NCBI GenBank assembly: GCA_937884385.1
Contig: CALGCW010000221.1
Coordinates: 8,375-72,374 of the forward strand
Reading direction: 5' to 3'
Length of the DNA stretch: 64,000 nucleotides
Source of the DNA: an uncultured Clostridia bacterium
Lineage (GTDB): Bacteria > Bacillota > Clostridia > Oscillospirales > CAG-272
In this document: positions 36,821 through 45,462 of the stretch, piece by piece
Layout of the letters: each line of letters starts with the position of its first letter
Position numbering within the stretch: position 1 is the first letter of the stretch
Position numbers and translations under genes: made by a program
Notes under the pieces: model-generated
Database searches by the model: none
Told to the model about the DNA's origin: nothing
The model's input: only the letters and a program-made list of their open reading frames with translations

Positions 36821-37696
36821 TTAATAATTATGCTTCATTTTTTGGTTCAGAATGTCATAGAATGAGCATTCTTTGATTCTCACAAGCTTAACTGTAAGAT
36901 TGCTTTTGGTCACGGTAACGATCTCGTCACGGAAGATCTCGCAGTTAGTCTTACCGTCAATTGTCAGGAAAAGTGATTTTTCTCTGACTGAAACGTTTTT
37001 TACGCGCAAAGTGGTCTCATCGGAAAATATCAATTGTCTTGCAATGAATGAGTGCGGACAAATCGGTGTGACCATTCTGCATTTTACCTTGGGATCTGCT
37101 ATAGAACCTCCTGCACTCATTGCATATGCAGTCGAGCCTGTGGGGGTCGAGATGATCAGTCCGTCTGCTCTGTATGAGGTTATGAGACTGTCTTCTGCGT
37201 ATAATTCAAGATTTATGATTTTGGAAACGGAGCCGTTTGAGATAACAGCATCGTTCAGTGCGGACGACAGATACTTGGTGTTTCCCTCTTTGTCCTTTAC
37301 CTGTATATCCATCATACTTCTTTCATCAATGGTATAATTGCCTTCAATGATTTTTGATAAAGAATCGAGCTCGTCCATCTCAAGCTCTGCCATATAACCG
37401 AGATGACCGAGATTTATTCCGAGTATGGGCTTGCCTCGCTTTGCCATTTTTTTAGCACAATCGAGAATAGTTCCGTCACCGCCTAGTGCAATCACAAGAT
37501 CAGCCTCATCATAAAGCTTTTCGATTGGCAAGAAATAGATGTTTCCCTTGTATTTTTTCATAGCCAGGACTTTATCCTTGCTATACTGAGAAACAAGTAT
37601 CTTGCATCCGAATTGTAAAAGATAGTTGGCAACCTTAAGTGCGGCATTTGCCTTTTCTGAAATATTAAAATTGGTTACTATAGCAATGTTTTTCAT
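36821..37696 (-). CDS. nadK: NAD kinase
   Basis: 291 aa. GGDGT motif (ALGGDGTILD) and the conserved NDAV and STPTGSTAY motifs. Confidence 0.9.
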   Translation of the reverse strand: MKNIAIVTNFNISEKANAALKVANYLLQFGCKILVSQYSKDKVLAMKKYKGNIYFLPIEKLYDEADLVIALGGDGTILDCAKKMAKRGKPILGINLGHLGYMAELEMDELDSLSKIIEGNYTIDERSMMDIQVKDKEGNTKYLSSALNDAVISNGSVSKIINLELYAEDSLITSYRADGLIISTPTGSTAYAMSAGGSIADPKVKCRMVTPICPHSFIARQLIFSDETTLRVKNVSVREKSLFLTIDGKTNCEIFRDEIVTVTKSNLTVKLVRIKECSFYDILNQKMKHNY

Positions 37697-37759
37697 ACTT
37701 TCCTCCTGCGTCCTATGATATGCGGGGTCTTCTGTTTACATTATCGTAGGACGGGTCAT

Positions 37760-38545
37760 TTATTTTTGACTTACTATTGTTTTTATTTTGTTGTCCGTGA
37801 TGAAATTGTGAGGTGTGGTTGCTTTTTGCAGCAAAGCCAAGAATTCAACGTTGCCGTCGCCACCCTCTATCGGAGAGCGCATAATATCAAGGCAAGAAAA
37901 GCCGGATATCAACGCGCTGTCAATTATTCTGTTGATTGCTTGAATGTGAAATGCGGCTTTCTTGATTATTCCATTAGAATTAAGCGCATTTTTGCCACAT
38001 TCAAATTGCGGTTTGATCAATGTGACAAGAAGTCCGTCTTCTCTTAAAATTTCTTCGATCCCCTTGTGAATCAGCGTTTGCGATATGAAGGATACGTCCA
38101 TAACCGCTATATCAAAGCTGAACGGGAAATCCTGTGGGGTCAAATAGCGTGCGTTATATTTTTCAATTGAAACGACTCTGGGATCTTCTGCGAGCTTGGG
38201 ATCAAGCTGGCTGTGCCCTGAATCTATCGCATATACACATTTAGCACCGTGAATGATAAGGCAATCAGTAAAGCCTCCGGTTGACGCACCTATATCAATA
38301 CAATTTTTACCTTTTACGTCAATGCCAAACGATGCGAGCGCTCCCTCAAGCTTCTCTCCTCCGCGGCTTACAAATCTTGGCTTGTTGAGTATCTCTACAA
38401 TGTGCGTAAGAGTCTCATCGACGTTAAGAGAAGGCTTTGAGATCCTGATACCGTCAATAAGGACGTTGCCTTCCTCTATCAGCGCTTTGGATGCTTGTCT
38501 GCTTTTGGTATGCCCCTGTGTGAAAATATATAAGTCTGCTCTCAT
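37760..38545 (-). CDS. tlyA: TlyA-family rRNA (cytidine-2'-O)-methyltransferase
   Basis: N-terminal S4 domain plus an FtsJ-like SAM fold (DIGASTGGFTD, DVSFIS). Confidence 0.88.
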   Translation of the reverse strand: MRADLYIFTQGHTKSRQASKALIEEGNVLIDGIRISKPSLNVDETLTHIVEILNKPRFVSRGGEKLEGALASFGIDVKGKNCIDIGASTGGFTDCLIIHGAKCVYAIDSGHSQLDPKLAEDPRVVSIEKYNARYLTPQDFPFSFDIAVMDVSFISQTLIHKGIEEILREDGLLVTLIKPQFECGKNALNSNGIIKKAAFHIQAINRIIDSALISGFSCLDIMRSPIEGGDGNVEFLALLQKATTPHNFITDNKIKTIVSQK

Positions 38546-38546
38546 A

Positions 38547-39395
38547 TTATTTCGTTCTCAAAATAAGATAATTCGCCAGATCTTCAAGAGTTCCGTTGTC
38601 AAATGTACGGATCCTATCGATAGCTTTTTGCGTTAACTGCTTTGAATGGATCTTTGCTTCTTCTAAAGACATAAACGATAAAAAGGAATTAAGCTCTCTC
38701 TTTCCCGCTTCATAGTCAAGTATATCATCAACTATTTGAAATGCCAAGCCAACGTTTTCGGCATATTCGATCAAGGATGAATATCTTTCGTCCTGCTCGT
38801 CAAGACCCGCAGCAAGGCAACCGAGCTTAACGGATGCACAAACCAAGCGCGCTGTTTTTAAGCTGTGTACCTTCAGAAGGGTTGGAAAATCAAATCTTTT
38901 TAACGACGCTTCAGTATCTATAGCCTGTCCTGCCAGCATGCCGCTAGAGCCGGAGTGCGATGCGAGAATCTGCACCGCCTTTGCGTTGATGCTTGCGGGC
39001 AAATAAGTGTTATTTACGATGGTCTCAAATGCGCTTGTCATCAATGCGTCTCCCGCGAGAACTGCAAGAGCCTCATTAAACTGTTTGTGCGCGGATGGCT
39101 TGCCGCGTCTGTAATCATCATTATCCATACAAGGCAGATCATCGTGCACTAGTGACGATGCGTGCATCATCTCCATGGCGCAGGCATACGGTAAAGCAGC
39201 TTTTGTACTTCCGCCAAGGATCTCACAGCATTGAAGGATAAGAAAAGCTCTTATTCGTTTACCTCCATTGAGCAATGAGTATCTTTGAACGTCTATAAGC
39301 TCTTGCGAATAAACGGTGTCAAACGAGTAGTACTCTGAAAGTGCACTTTCAATGAGTTCTGTATTTTCAAGTAGTCTTTGCTTGATATCTTTCAT
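38547..39395 (-). CDS. ispA: Polyprenyl (farnesyl/geranylgeranyl) diphosphate synthase
   Basis: FARM DDLPCMDNDDYRRG and SARM DDILD motifs. Confidence 0.88.
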   Translation of the reverse strand: MKDIKQRLLENTELIESALSEYYSFDTVYSQELIDVQRYSLLNGGKRIRAFLILQCCEILGGSTKAALPYACAMEMMHASSLVHDDLPCMDNDDYRRGKPSAHKQFNEALAVLAGDALMTSAFETIVNNTYLPASINAKAVQILASHSGSSGMLAGQAIDTEASLKRFDFPTLLKVHSLKTARLVCASVKLGCLAAGLDEQDERYSSLIEYAENVGLAFQIVDDILDYEAGKRELNSFLSFMSLEEAKIHSKQLTQKAIDRIRTFDNGTLEDLANYLILRTK

Positions 39396-39631
39396 TGATC
39401 GTTATCCTCTGTAAAATCCTTTTCTACGATCTCACCGTTTGTATCGATAACGAGCATTTTTATCTTTTTCTCTGCTTCATCCAACGCGTTGTTGCAAAAT
39501 CTTACGAGATGAACTCCTTCTTCGTATAATTTCAGGGACTCATCCAATGAAGTATTTCCCTTTTCAAGAAGCTTGACGATCTCTTCAAGCCTTGCGGTTG
39601 CGGATTCAAAATTCATATTATTCTGTGCCAT
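39392..39631 (-). CDS. xseB: Exodeoxyribonuclease VII small subunit
   Basis: FESATARLEEIVKLLEKGNTSLDESLKLYEEG signature. Start set at the ATG at 39631 (RBS AAAGGAGA). The track extension lies inside xseA. Confidence 0.85.
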   Translation of the reverse strand: MAQNNMNFESATARLEEIVKLLEKGNTSLDESLKLYEEGVHLVRFCNNALDEAEKKIKMLVIDTNGEIVEKDFTEDNDQ

Positions 39632-40853
39632 TATTGTCTCCTTTTGAATACTCGATTGAAGTAATGGTGGCGTTTGCGCGCCCATCTGAAAATGATATGG
39701 ATATCTCATCATTGGACGATATGCCATAAACTGATGACAATGCTCTGCCGCATCCGTCCTGGACTATTGCGTAACCGCGCGATAGAGTATTGAGAGGACT
39801 TATCGCGCTTAGCTTAGCGGATAAGACGTTGAAGGCGTTATCTTTATGTGTAATAATTTTGTCAATATTTGCATCAAGCTTGTCGGAAAGCAGATTGATG
39901 CTCATTTTATATTCGTCAAGTAATGCTTCTTTGGATAAGAGCACGCGAGCGCTTGAAAGCATCTCAAGACGCTTGCGCTCTTTATCAAGCCTGGTCATCA
40001 AAAGACTGTGCGCTAGGGTCATGCTTTGAGCTATACTATTGCGAACGTTTAGTACATTTGGCACTGCAAGCTCTGCTGCAGCAGACGGTGTTGGAGCACG
40101 AAGGTCTGCAACGAAGTCACATATAGTAAAATCGCTTTCGTGACCTACAGCTGATATGACGGGAATGCGTGACGCAGCAATTGCATAAGCAAGATTTATA
40201 TCATTGAAAGCCCAAAGGTCTTCCATAGAGCCTCCGCCCCTGCCGATAATAATAACGTCGCAAGATTTTGCATCGTTGAAATAATGGATTCCCGAAATAA
40301 GTGTCTCAGCGGCTCCGTCCCCTTGAACTAAAGCAGGATACAAAAGCAATTTTGTAAGCGGAAATCTGCGCCCCATTACGTTGATCATATCGTGAATGGC
40401 GGCACCCGTGGGCGAAGTGATGATCCCAACAGTAGTCGGATATTTTGGAAGAGGTTTTTTTCGAGAGGGATCGAATAATCCCTCACTTGAAAGCTTTTGC
40501 TTGATCTGCTCATACGCAACGTATAAAGCACCGATTCCATCGGGTTGGATGTCCTCAGCATATAACTGATACTGTCCGGAGGGCGCATATACCGATATTC
40601 GACCGTAAACGATTACGCTCATTCCCTCTTTAAGGGCAAATTTTACCTTTCCGGCACTGGAACGGAACATTACCGCTTTCAGCACGCTTTCTTCATCCTT
40701 CATGGTAAAGTATATATGGCCCGAGCGGTGAAACGTAAGGTTGGAGATCTCTCCGCGGACAATGATCATTGACAACACGTCATCGTTCGAAACTACCGCG
40801 CGGATATATTCGTTTACTTGCGAAACGCTCAGTATCATTTTTGAATTGTCCAT
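39618..40853 (-). CDS. xseA: Exodeoxyribonuclease VII large subunit
   Basis: 411 aa. N-terminal OB fold (VRGEISN..SGHIYFTMKD) and catalytic core (GRGGGS, SAVGHE.D). Confidence 0.92.
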   Translation of the reverse strand: MDNSKMILSVSQVNEYIRAVVSNDDVLSMIIVRGEISNLTFHRSGHIYFTMKDEESVLKAVMFRSSAGKVKFALKEGMSVIVYGRISVYAPSGQYQLYAEDIQPDGIGALYVAYEQIKQKLSSEGLFDPSRKKPLPKYPTTVGIITSPTGAAIHDMINVMGRRFPLTKLLLYPALVQGDGAAETLISGIHYFNDAKSCDVIIIGRGGGSMEDLWAFNDINLAYAIAASRIPVISAVGHESDFTICDFVADLRAPTPSAAAELAVPNVLNVRNSIAQSMTLAHSLLMTRLDKERKRLEMLSSARVLLSKEALLDEYKMSINLLSDKLDANIDKIITHKDNAFNVLSAKLSAISPLNTLSRGYAIVQDGCGRALSSVYGISSNDEISISFSDGRANATITSIEYSKGDNNGTE

Positions 40854-40871
40854 AAGATCTCCTTTCTGTAT

Positions 40872-41825
40872 TTATTTGTTAATGTGTAATTTCCTTGTTA
40901 ATAAAGCGATTCCTGCTGCATTGTCGGAAGAAAACTCGGGCGTAGCAAAGTAAGTTTCTTTAAATGCTCCAAGAGTTTCTTTAAGAAAAGCGTTGCTCAT
41001 TACTCCGCCTGCATATACTATGGGAATATCGGGATACTTTTCTCTTACTTCTTCGGTGATTTTGAGCAAGGTCTGAGCAATAAAATTCAGGACGTATGCG
41101 GCAACGTACGGTTTATCCCCGGTCTCTCTATAAATCTTCTCTGCGATATTTTCAAGTCCTGATAAATTGCAAATGCCGTTTTTGACCGATAATTTTGGCT
41201 TTGGTAGCTTCTTATCGTTCATAAGAGCCAGCTTTTCAAGCTCTTTGCCGCAAGGAAATCTAAGCCCCATCATAACTCCTGCTCTGTCGATGGCTTGTCC
41301 GGCACTTATGTCGGCTGTGTTGCCGATGATCCTAACGTTAAACCCGTCACTTGTGGGCTTTACATAGAGGACCTCAGTAGTACCACCGGAAACGTGGAAA
41401 GCAGCAAAATCGTTTTTGATAAGCTCCTGTGCATTTCCGCAAGAATAAAGTGCTGCCATTATATGGCCTGACTGATGTGAAAACTCATAAAGTTCGGCGT
41501 CGTGCGTCGCGGCTACAATTGAAGCGACAGCTCTGCCCGACATAAAGCAAGGCATATACGATCCCTCCTCATCACGTGGGGACCTTGATACGCCAACTGC
41601 AACGATATCGGAGTCCTTTAAAGCGTTTGCGAGATCGGCTGAAAGACCGGGAAAATTTTTCAAATGCGCAAACACCGCGTCACTTTGTCGCAGGCCTCTC
41701 TCTCCTTCCTTGACGTCAAGGATGTGCTTTGAGTTCAAGATAACTCTTCCATCAGTATCACAAACGGATACTGACGTGGTATAATTACTTGTATCTATAC
41801 CGAGATAAACGGCGTTTTTATTCAT
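40872..41825 (-). CDS. Kae1/TsaD-like (peptidase M22/ASKHA fold) protein, short paralog
   Basis: 317 aa. N-terminal LGIDTSNYTTSV, HxxxH-type pair HQSGH, and GGVMSN near the C-terminus. 8-nt overlap with the nusB stop. Confidence 0.7.
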   Translation of the reverse strand: MNKNAVYLGIDTSNYTTSVSVCDTDGRVILNSKHILDVKEGERGLRQSDAVFAHLKNFPGLSADLANALKDSDIVAVGVSRSPRDEEGSYMPCFMSGRAVASIVAATHDAELYEFSHQSGHIMAALYSCGNAQELIKNDFAAFHVSGGTTEVLYVKPTSDGFNVRIIGNTADISAGQAIDRAGVMMGLRFPCGKELEKLALMNDKKLPKPKLSVKNGICNLSGLENIAEKIYRETGDKPYVAAYVLNFIAQTLLKITEEVREKYPDIPIVYAGGVMSNAFLKETLGAFKETYFATPEFSSDNAAGIALLTRKLHINK

Positions 41826-42243
41826 TGCTTGATTCGATCTTGTTTTTGATATTGTTGAGAACTCCGTTAGTAAATGAACGGGACTTGGGATCGTCGAATT
41901 TTTTTACTAATTCAAGAGCCTCGTTAATTGCAACGGTATTTGGTATATCATCGCAGAACAGCATCTCATATGTGCAAAGGCGAATTGCTGAGCGCGTTGC
42001 GTTTGAAAGTCTTGATACCTTCCAACCGGTAGAGGCATCCGTAATAAGATCGTCGATTCTCTCTTCATTTTCAACCACACCAAAATACGTATTTTTGATG
42101 TATTTATCCTTAAGTACGTCGATCTCTCTGTTATCGCTTGAGAGAGCGAATATCTCTTCAGCGGATTCATCTTTTCTGAATTCTCTTTCAAAAAGTAATT
42201 GAAAAACCGCTTCACGTTGTTCTTTTCTTGTCATACTGTACAT
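41818..42243 (-). CDS. nusB: Transcription antitermination factor NusB
   Basis: 141 aa. REAVFQLLFE...IRLCTYEMLF...AINEALELVKKF conserved NusB pattern. Confidence 0.9.
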   Translation of the reverse strand: MYSMTRKEQREAVFQLLFEREFRKDESAEEIFALSSDNREIDVLKDKYIKNTYFGVVENEERIDDLITDASTGWKVSRLSNATRSAIRLCTYEMLFCDDIPNTVAINEALELVKKFDDPKSRSFTNGVLNNIKNKIESSNE

Positions 42244-42275
42244 CCCTTCTACATATTAGTGATATTAACTTTAAT

Positions 42276-42304
42276 ATTGTAATACAAAATTAAGCAAAAG
42301 TCAA
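42276..42304 (-). promoter_or_regulatory. Candidate nusB promoter
   Basis: Minus strand TTGACT (42304-42299), 17 nt, TACAAT (42281-42276). Confidence 0.55.
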
Positions 42305-42405
42305 TAAATATAACCTTTTTTATGCAAAAAATTATGAATAATTTTTAATTTTATACATTTTTCGTGATTTTGCATTATAATTTTCAAAAAAATGTGTTTA
42401 CACTA

Positions 42406-42434
42406 TTGAAAAAAACGAAAAAGTATTATATAAT
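42406..42434 (+). promoter_or_regulatory. Candidate ireB-ribF promoter
   Basis: TTGAAA (42406-42411), 17 nt, TATAAT (42429-42434). Confidence 0.6.
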
Positions 42435-42475
42435 ATATACGGATATACCCCACAAAAAGCAAAGGAGTTCAAAAA

Positions 42476-42730
42476 ATGGCAAGAAGAGACACAGAAACTC
42501 AAATGTTTAGAGTACCGAACGAGCGTGAAGAACAAACTAGAAGGATACTCCAAGAGATTTATAATGCTTTGAGCGAGAGAGGATATAATCCCATAAATCA
42601 GATCGTTGGGTATATTATATCCGAGGACCCCACGTATATTACTAACCATAACAACGCACGTGCACTTATCCGTAAGCTTGACAGAGATGAGCTGCTTGCT
42701 ACGTTGCTTAAAAACTATCTGGGACTGTAA
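42476..42730 (+). CDS. ireB: IreB-family regulatory phosphoprotein (UPF0297/YrzL)
   Basis: 84 aa. TQMF...[34 protein letters not shown] is the canonical UPF0297 sequence. Confidence 0.85.
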   Translation: MARRDTETQMFRVPNEREEQTRRILQEIYNALSERGYNPINQIVGYIISEDPTYITNHNNARALIRKLDRDELLATLLKNYLGL

Positions 42731-42731
42731 A

Positions 42732-43652
42732 ATGAAATTTATTAATTTAAAAACGGGGATCGAAGAATCGGTCCTTTTGCATCCGTCCGTATTATGTATC
42801 GGAAATTTTGACGGTGTTCATATTGGACACCGTCGACTTGTTGATGCAGTTTTAGAGGAATATGAAATATTAAAGCATACGTACCCCGATATAGTAACTT
42901 GTGCATGGTTTTTTGACTCTAATTTCTATAAATCTGTAAAAGAGATTTTTTCTATAACTGAAAAGCTTGATATTTTTGCCGAGCTTGGACTTGATTATGC
43001 TATCATTGCAGAATTCAGCGAAATGCAGGGTCTTTCTCCAAGCGAGTTTGTTGCAGATATTTTGATCCGCGAGTGTAAATGCGTGCACGCGGTCTGCGGG
43101 GAGAATTTCAGATTTGGAAAAAAGGCTTCCGGTAATTCTGCCTTGTTAACCGATCTTATGTCTAAAAAAACCACAGTTCTTCCCTTGCTTACTGTCGACT
43201 CTGAGATCGTTTCTTCAACGTATATCCGCAATCTGTTGGCAAATGGCTTTATTGAAAAGGCAAACACTTTACTTGGAAGTAATTATTCAATATACGAGAC
43301 CATAGTACACGGGAAAAAGCTTGGAAGAAAGCTCGGTATTCCAACAGTCAATCAAAACGTTGTAAGCAAAAGCTTGATCATAAAAAACGGTATTTACGTG
43401 ACAGACTGCACACTTGACGGTGTAAGATACAGAGCTGTGACGAACGTTGGAATACGCCCTACAGTTGACGATAACGGTACGCAAAATGTCGAAACTCATA
43501 TTATCGGTTATACTGATGATTGCTATGATAAGACTGTTAAAATTGAATTTCTGTCACGTATAAGAGACGAGATGACCTTTAACTCAATTGACGAGCTCAA
43601 GGCTCGTATAAATGCCGATATCGAAATTGCAAGAGAATACAAAAGTAAATAA
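42732..43652 (+). CDS. ribF: Bifunctional riboflavin kinase/FMN adenylyltransferase
   Basis: GNFDGVHIGH adenylyltransferase motif and C-terminal kinase (GKKLGRKLGIPTVN, THI). Start at the ATG at 42732, 1 nt after the ireB stop. Confidence 0.9.
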   Translation: MKFINLKTGIEESVLLHPSVLCIGNFDGVHIGHRRLVDAVLEEYEILKHTYPDIVTCAWFFDSNFYKSVKEIFSITEKLDIFAELGLDYAIIAEFSEMQGLSPSEFVADILIRECKCVHAVCGENFRFGKKASGNSALLTDLMSKKTTVLPLLTVDSEIVSSTYIRNLLANGFIEKANTLLGSNYSIYETIVHGKKLGRKLGIPTVNQNVVSKSLIIKNGIYVTDCTLDGVRYRAVTNVGIRPTVDDNGTQNVETHIIGYTDDCYDKTVKIEFLSRIRDEMTFNSIDELKARINADIEIAREYKSK

Positions 43653-43672
43653 CGAAAAAGAGGTGAGAGGAA

Positions 43673-44959
43673 ATGCGAATAAAGATAATTACAATGATTA
43701 TTCTGATAGCGATATTGCTCTCACTTTTTTCTGTTTCCTCTTTTGCGTTTGAACTTTCAACCGATGAAGCAGAGCCATCGGGATATTACCTCTACAACGT
43801 TGAGAACGACATCGTTATGGCTTCCGATAATCTTGAAGCATCGATATCTCCGTCCTCTACTGTAAAAATAATGACTGCTTGTATTGCACTCGAATCTAAT
43901 CTTAATAAGAGTGAGCTCATTATGGTGACTGAAGAGATGTTGAAAGGTGTTGCAGGAAGGTCTATGGGCCTTGAAGCCGGCAACAGATTGACGGTAGAAG
44001 ATCTTCTTTATGCGTGCATCTGCGGTGGGTATAACGACGCAGCACAGGTTTTAGCTTATACAGTATCGGGTGATCTGCAAGGTTTTGTGGATAAAATGAA
44101 CGAAAAAGCCGCAGAGCTTGGAATGACGTCAACCAAATACCTCAACGTTACGGGTATCAACGCATCCGGTATGTACACGACCGTTCGTGATATAGCTATT
44201 TTAGCGGAATATATGTCTGCTAACGATGAGTACGTCACCATATGTGCAACCAAGTCATACCGCGTCTCAAGTGTCGCAACCTGCGAGCGTACCACTATCA
44301 ATAACAGGTCTTCTCTGCTTGCTTCATATAAAGGTCTGTCGAGCTTCAACACAGGCTCCGGAGACGGAGATTGCACGGTGCTGTATTATAGCAGAAACGG
44401 CATATCCCTTATCGTTGTCGTAATGAATGTAAAAAACAAAGATCCCGATGATGCTAATAATTATGCAGAGATATATTCGAAAAAGCTTCTTTACCACGCG
44501 CTGAACGACTATTCGGTTAAAAACGTTGTTTCATCTAAAATCTCTGTAGGTTCGTATCCCGTCAAATATACTGTATCTACGAGTACTGTCGATGTGTATT
44601 TGCAGGAAGATATACAGCTTTTCCTTCCAAACGACCTGGATATACATAATGATCTGACCTATTCCGTGAGTATTGATCAGGAGTATCTTGAGGCACCGTT
44701 AAACGTAGGTGAGCAGGTAGGGTATTTTGTTGTTTCCGATGACGGCAAAATATTAGCTAAAGTTCCTTTGATCGTTAAGGAGGAACTTCAAAAAAACGAA
44801 TTTCTCTTTATCCTGGATGTAATGAGGGACTATATACTTTCCCGTGCATTTGCGATTACTTTAATAACTTTTATTTTGCTTATGACCTTTTGGTATCTTC
44901 GTTCGCAGAAGAAGATGAAAAAGATGTATAGGCAAACAAGAATCAAGACTAAAAAATGA
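43673..44959 (+). CDS. D-alanyl-D-alanine carboxypeptidase (second S11 paralog) with C-terminal membrane anchor
   Basis: Signal peptide, SxxK STVKIM, SxN-like (GYNDAA), C-terminal TM FAITLITFILLMTFWYL and a basic tail. Confidence 0.85.
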   Translation: MRIKIITMIILIAILLSLFSVSSFAFELSTDEAEPSGYYLYNVENDIVMASDNLEASISPSSTVKIMTACIALESNLNKSELIMVTEEMLKGVAGRSMGLEAGNRLTVEDLLYACICGGYNDAAQVLAYTVSGDLQGFVDKMNEKAAELGMTSTKYLNVTGINASGMYTTVRDIAILAEYMSANDEYVTICATKSYRVSSVATCERTTINNRSSLLASYKGLSSFNTGSGDGDCTVLYYSRNGISLIVVVMNVKNKDPDDANNYAEIYSKKLLYHALNDYSVKNVVSSKISVGSYPVKYTVSTSTVDVYLQEDIQLFLPNDLDIHNDLTYSVSIDQEYLEAPLNVGEQVGYFVVSDDGKILAKVPLIVKEELQKNEFLFILDVMRDYILSRAFAITLITFILLMTFWYLRSQKKMKKMYRQTRIKTKK

Positions 44960-44963
44960 GTTC

Positions 44964-44996
44964 AAGCCCATTCTAAAAGGATGGGTTTGTTTTTTA
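44964..44996 (+). terminator. Intrinsic terminator after the second DD-carboxypeptidase
   Basis: Stem AAGCCCAT/ATGGGTTT followed by GTTTTTT. Confidence 0.7.
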
Positions 44997-45029
44997 TACT
45001 AAAAAATAAAAAAATATTGAAAAAACCTC

Positions 45030-45058
45030 TTGATTTTTTAAAAAATCTATGATATAAT
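45030..45058 (+). promoter_or_regulatory. Promoter of tRNA-Trp
   Basis: TTGATT (45030-35), 17 nt, extended -10 TGaTATAAT (45050-58). Shares the CTCTTGATTTTTT and TATGATATAATAG modules with the tRNA-Ser promoter. Confidence 0.7.
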
Positions 45059-45087
45059 AGCAAAGTCGTTGATATGCGGCAATATAC

Positions 45088-45163
45088 AGGGGTATAGCTC
45101 AGCTGGTAGAGTACCGGTCTCCAAAACCGTGGGTCGCGGGTTCGAATCCTCCTGCCCCTGCCA
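45088..45163 (+). tRNA. tRNA-Trp (anticodon CCA), CCA encoded
   Basis: 76 nt. Acceptor AGGGGTA/TGCCCCT, anticodon loop CTCCAAA, T-loop TTCGAAT. Irregularities are a C-C mismatch at 50-64 in the T-stem and C-U at 27-43. Confidence 0.8.
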
Positions 45164-45166
45164 AGA

Positions 45167-45199
45167 AAAAAGCCATTCGCGTAAGCGGATGGCTTTTTT
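45167..45199 (+). terminator. Intrinsic terminator after tRNA-Trp
   Basis: Stem AGCCATTCGC/GCGGATGGCT with a GTAA tetraloop, then TTTTTT. Confidence 0.85.
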
Positions 45200-45201
45200 C
45201 A

Positions 45202-45366
45202 ATGAAGCGCGCCTGCGGTGCATGAAGAATGAAGCAGGGCTTCGCCCTATGAAGCGTGCCTTCGGCACACGGAAAGGTTACTGTGCGCTTCGCTTCACGG
45301 CGGCAAAGCCGCCACTTCATGCGAGCGAAAGCGAGTGCTTCATATCGCCGCAAGGCGATGCTTCAT
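45202..45366. repeat. GC-rich array of mini-hairpins punctuated by ATGAAGC / GCTTCAT heptamers (two convergent sets)
   Basis: The left half carries ATGAAGC at 45202, 45229 and 45249, plus a truncated copy at 45222. Each full copy is followed by a 13-nt hairpin: GCGCC-TGC-GGTGC, AGGGC-TTC-GCCCT, GTGCC-TTC-GGCAC. The right half carries CTTCA(T)/GCTTCAT at 45293, 45315, 45337 and 45360. These are separated by GGCGGC-AAA-GCCGCC, a degenerate unit, and ATCGCC-GCAA-GGCGAT. Confidence 0.8.
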
Positions 45367-45408
45367 TAATTAGTTTCCGCATCCTCACGCGTGATTTGTG
45401 CGAAACGG

Positions 45409-45437
45409 TTGACATGTTCACGGATTTGTGATATAAT
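45409..45437 (+). promoter_or_regulatory. Perfect consensus promoter of the 120-aa ORF
   Basis: TTGACA (45409-14), 17 nt, TGaTATAAT (-10 at 45432-37). Confidence 0.75.
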
Positions 45438-45462
45438 GTAACAACGAAAAGGCGGTGAACTC

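Noticed and set aside
42244-42475. AT-rich divergent region where gene orientation switches from minus to plus, considered as a possible replication origin.
   Set aside because: No DnaA-box-like TTATCCACA/TGTGGATAA motifs are visible, dnaA/dnaN are not nearby, and orientation flips back to minus at 53 kb. Two ordinary divergent promoters explain the region.
42398-42649. 83-aa minus-strand ORF overlapping the ireB promoter and coding region.
   Set aside because: It is antisense to a conserved gene and has hydrophobic low-complexity sequence with no RBS.
45047-45431. Three overlapping ORFs (73, 120 and 84 aa) across tRNA-Trp and the hairpin array. The array also reads as chains of ATGA-linked 7-8 codon mini-ORFs: MKRACGA and MKQGFAL on the plus strand, MKHRLAAI and MKHSLSLA on the opposite strand.
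   Set aside because: The ORFs overlap a tRNA gene and its terminator, have no SD sequences, and exist only because the GC-rich repeats lack stop codons. The in-frame ATGA chaining follows from the 20/23-nt unit lengths, and I treat it as coincidental.
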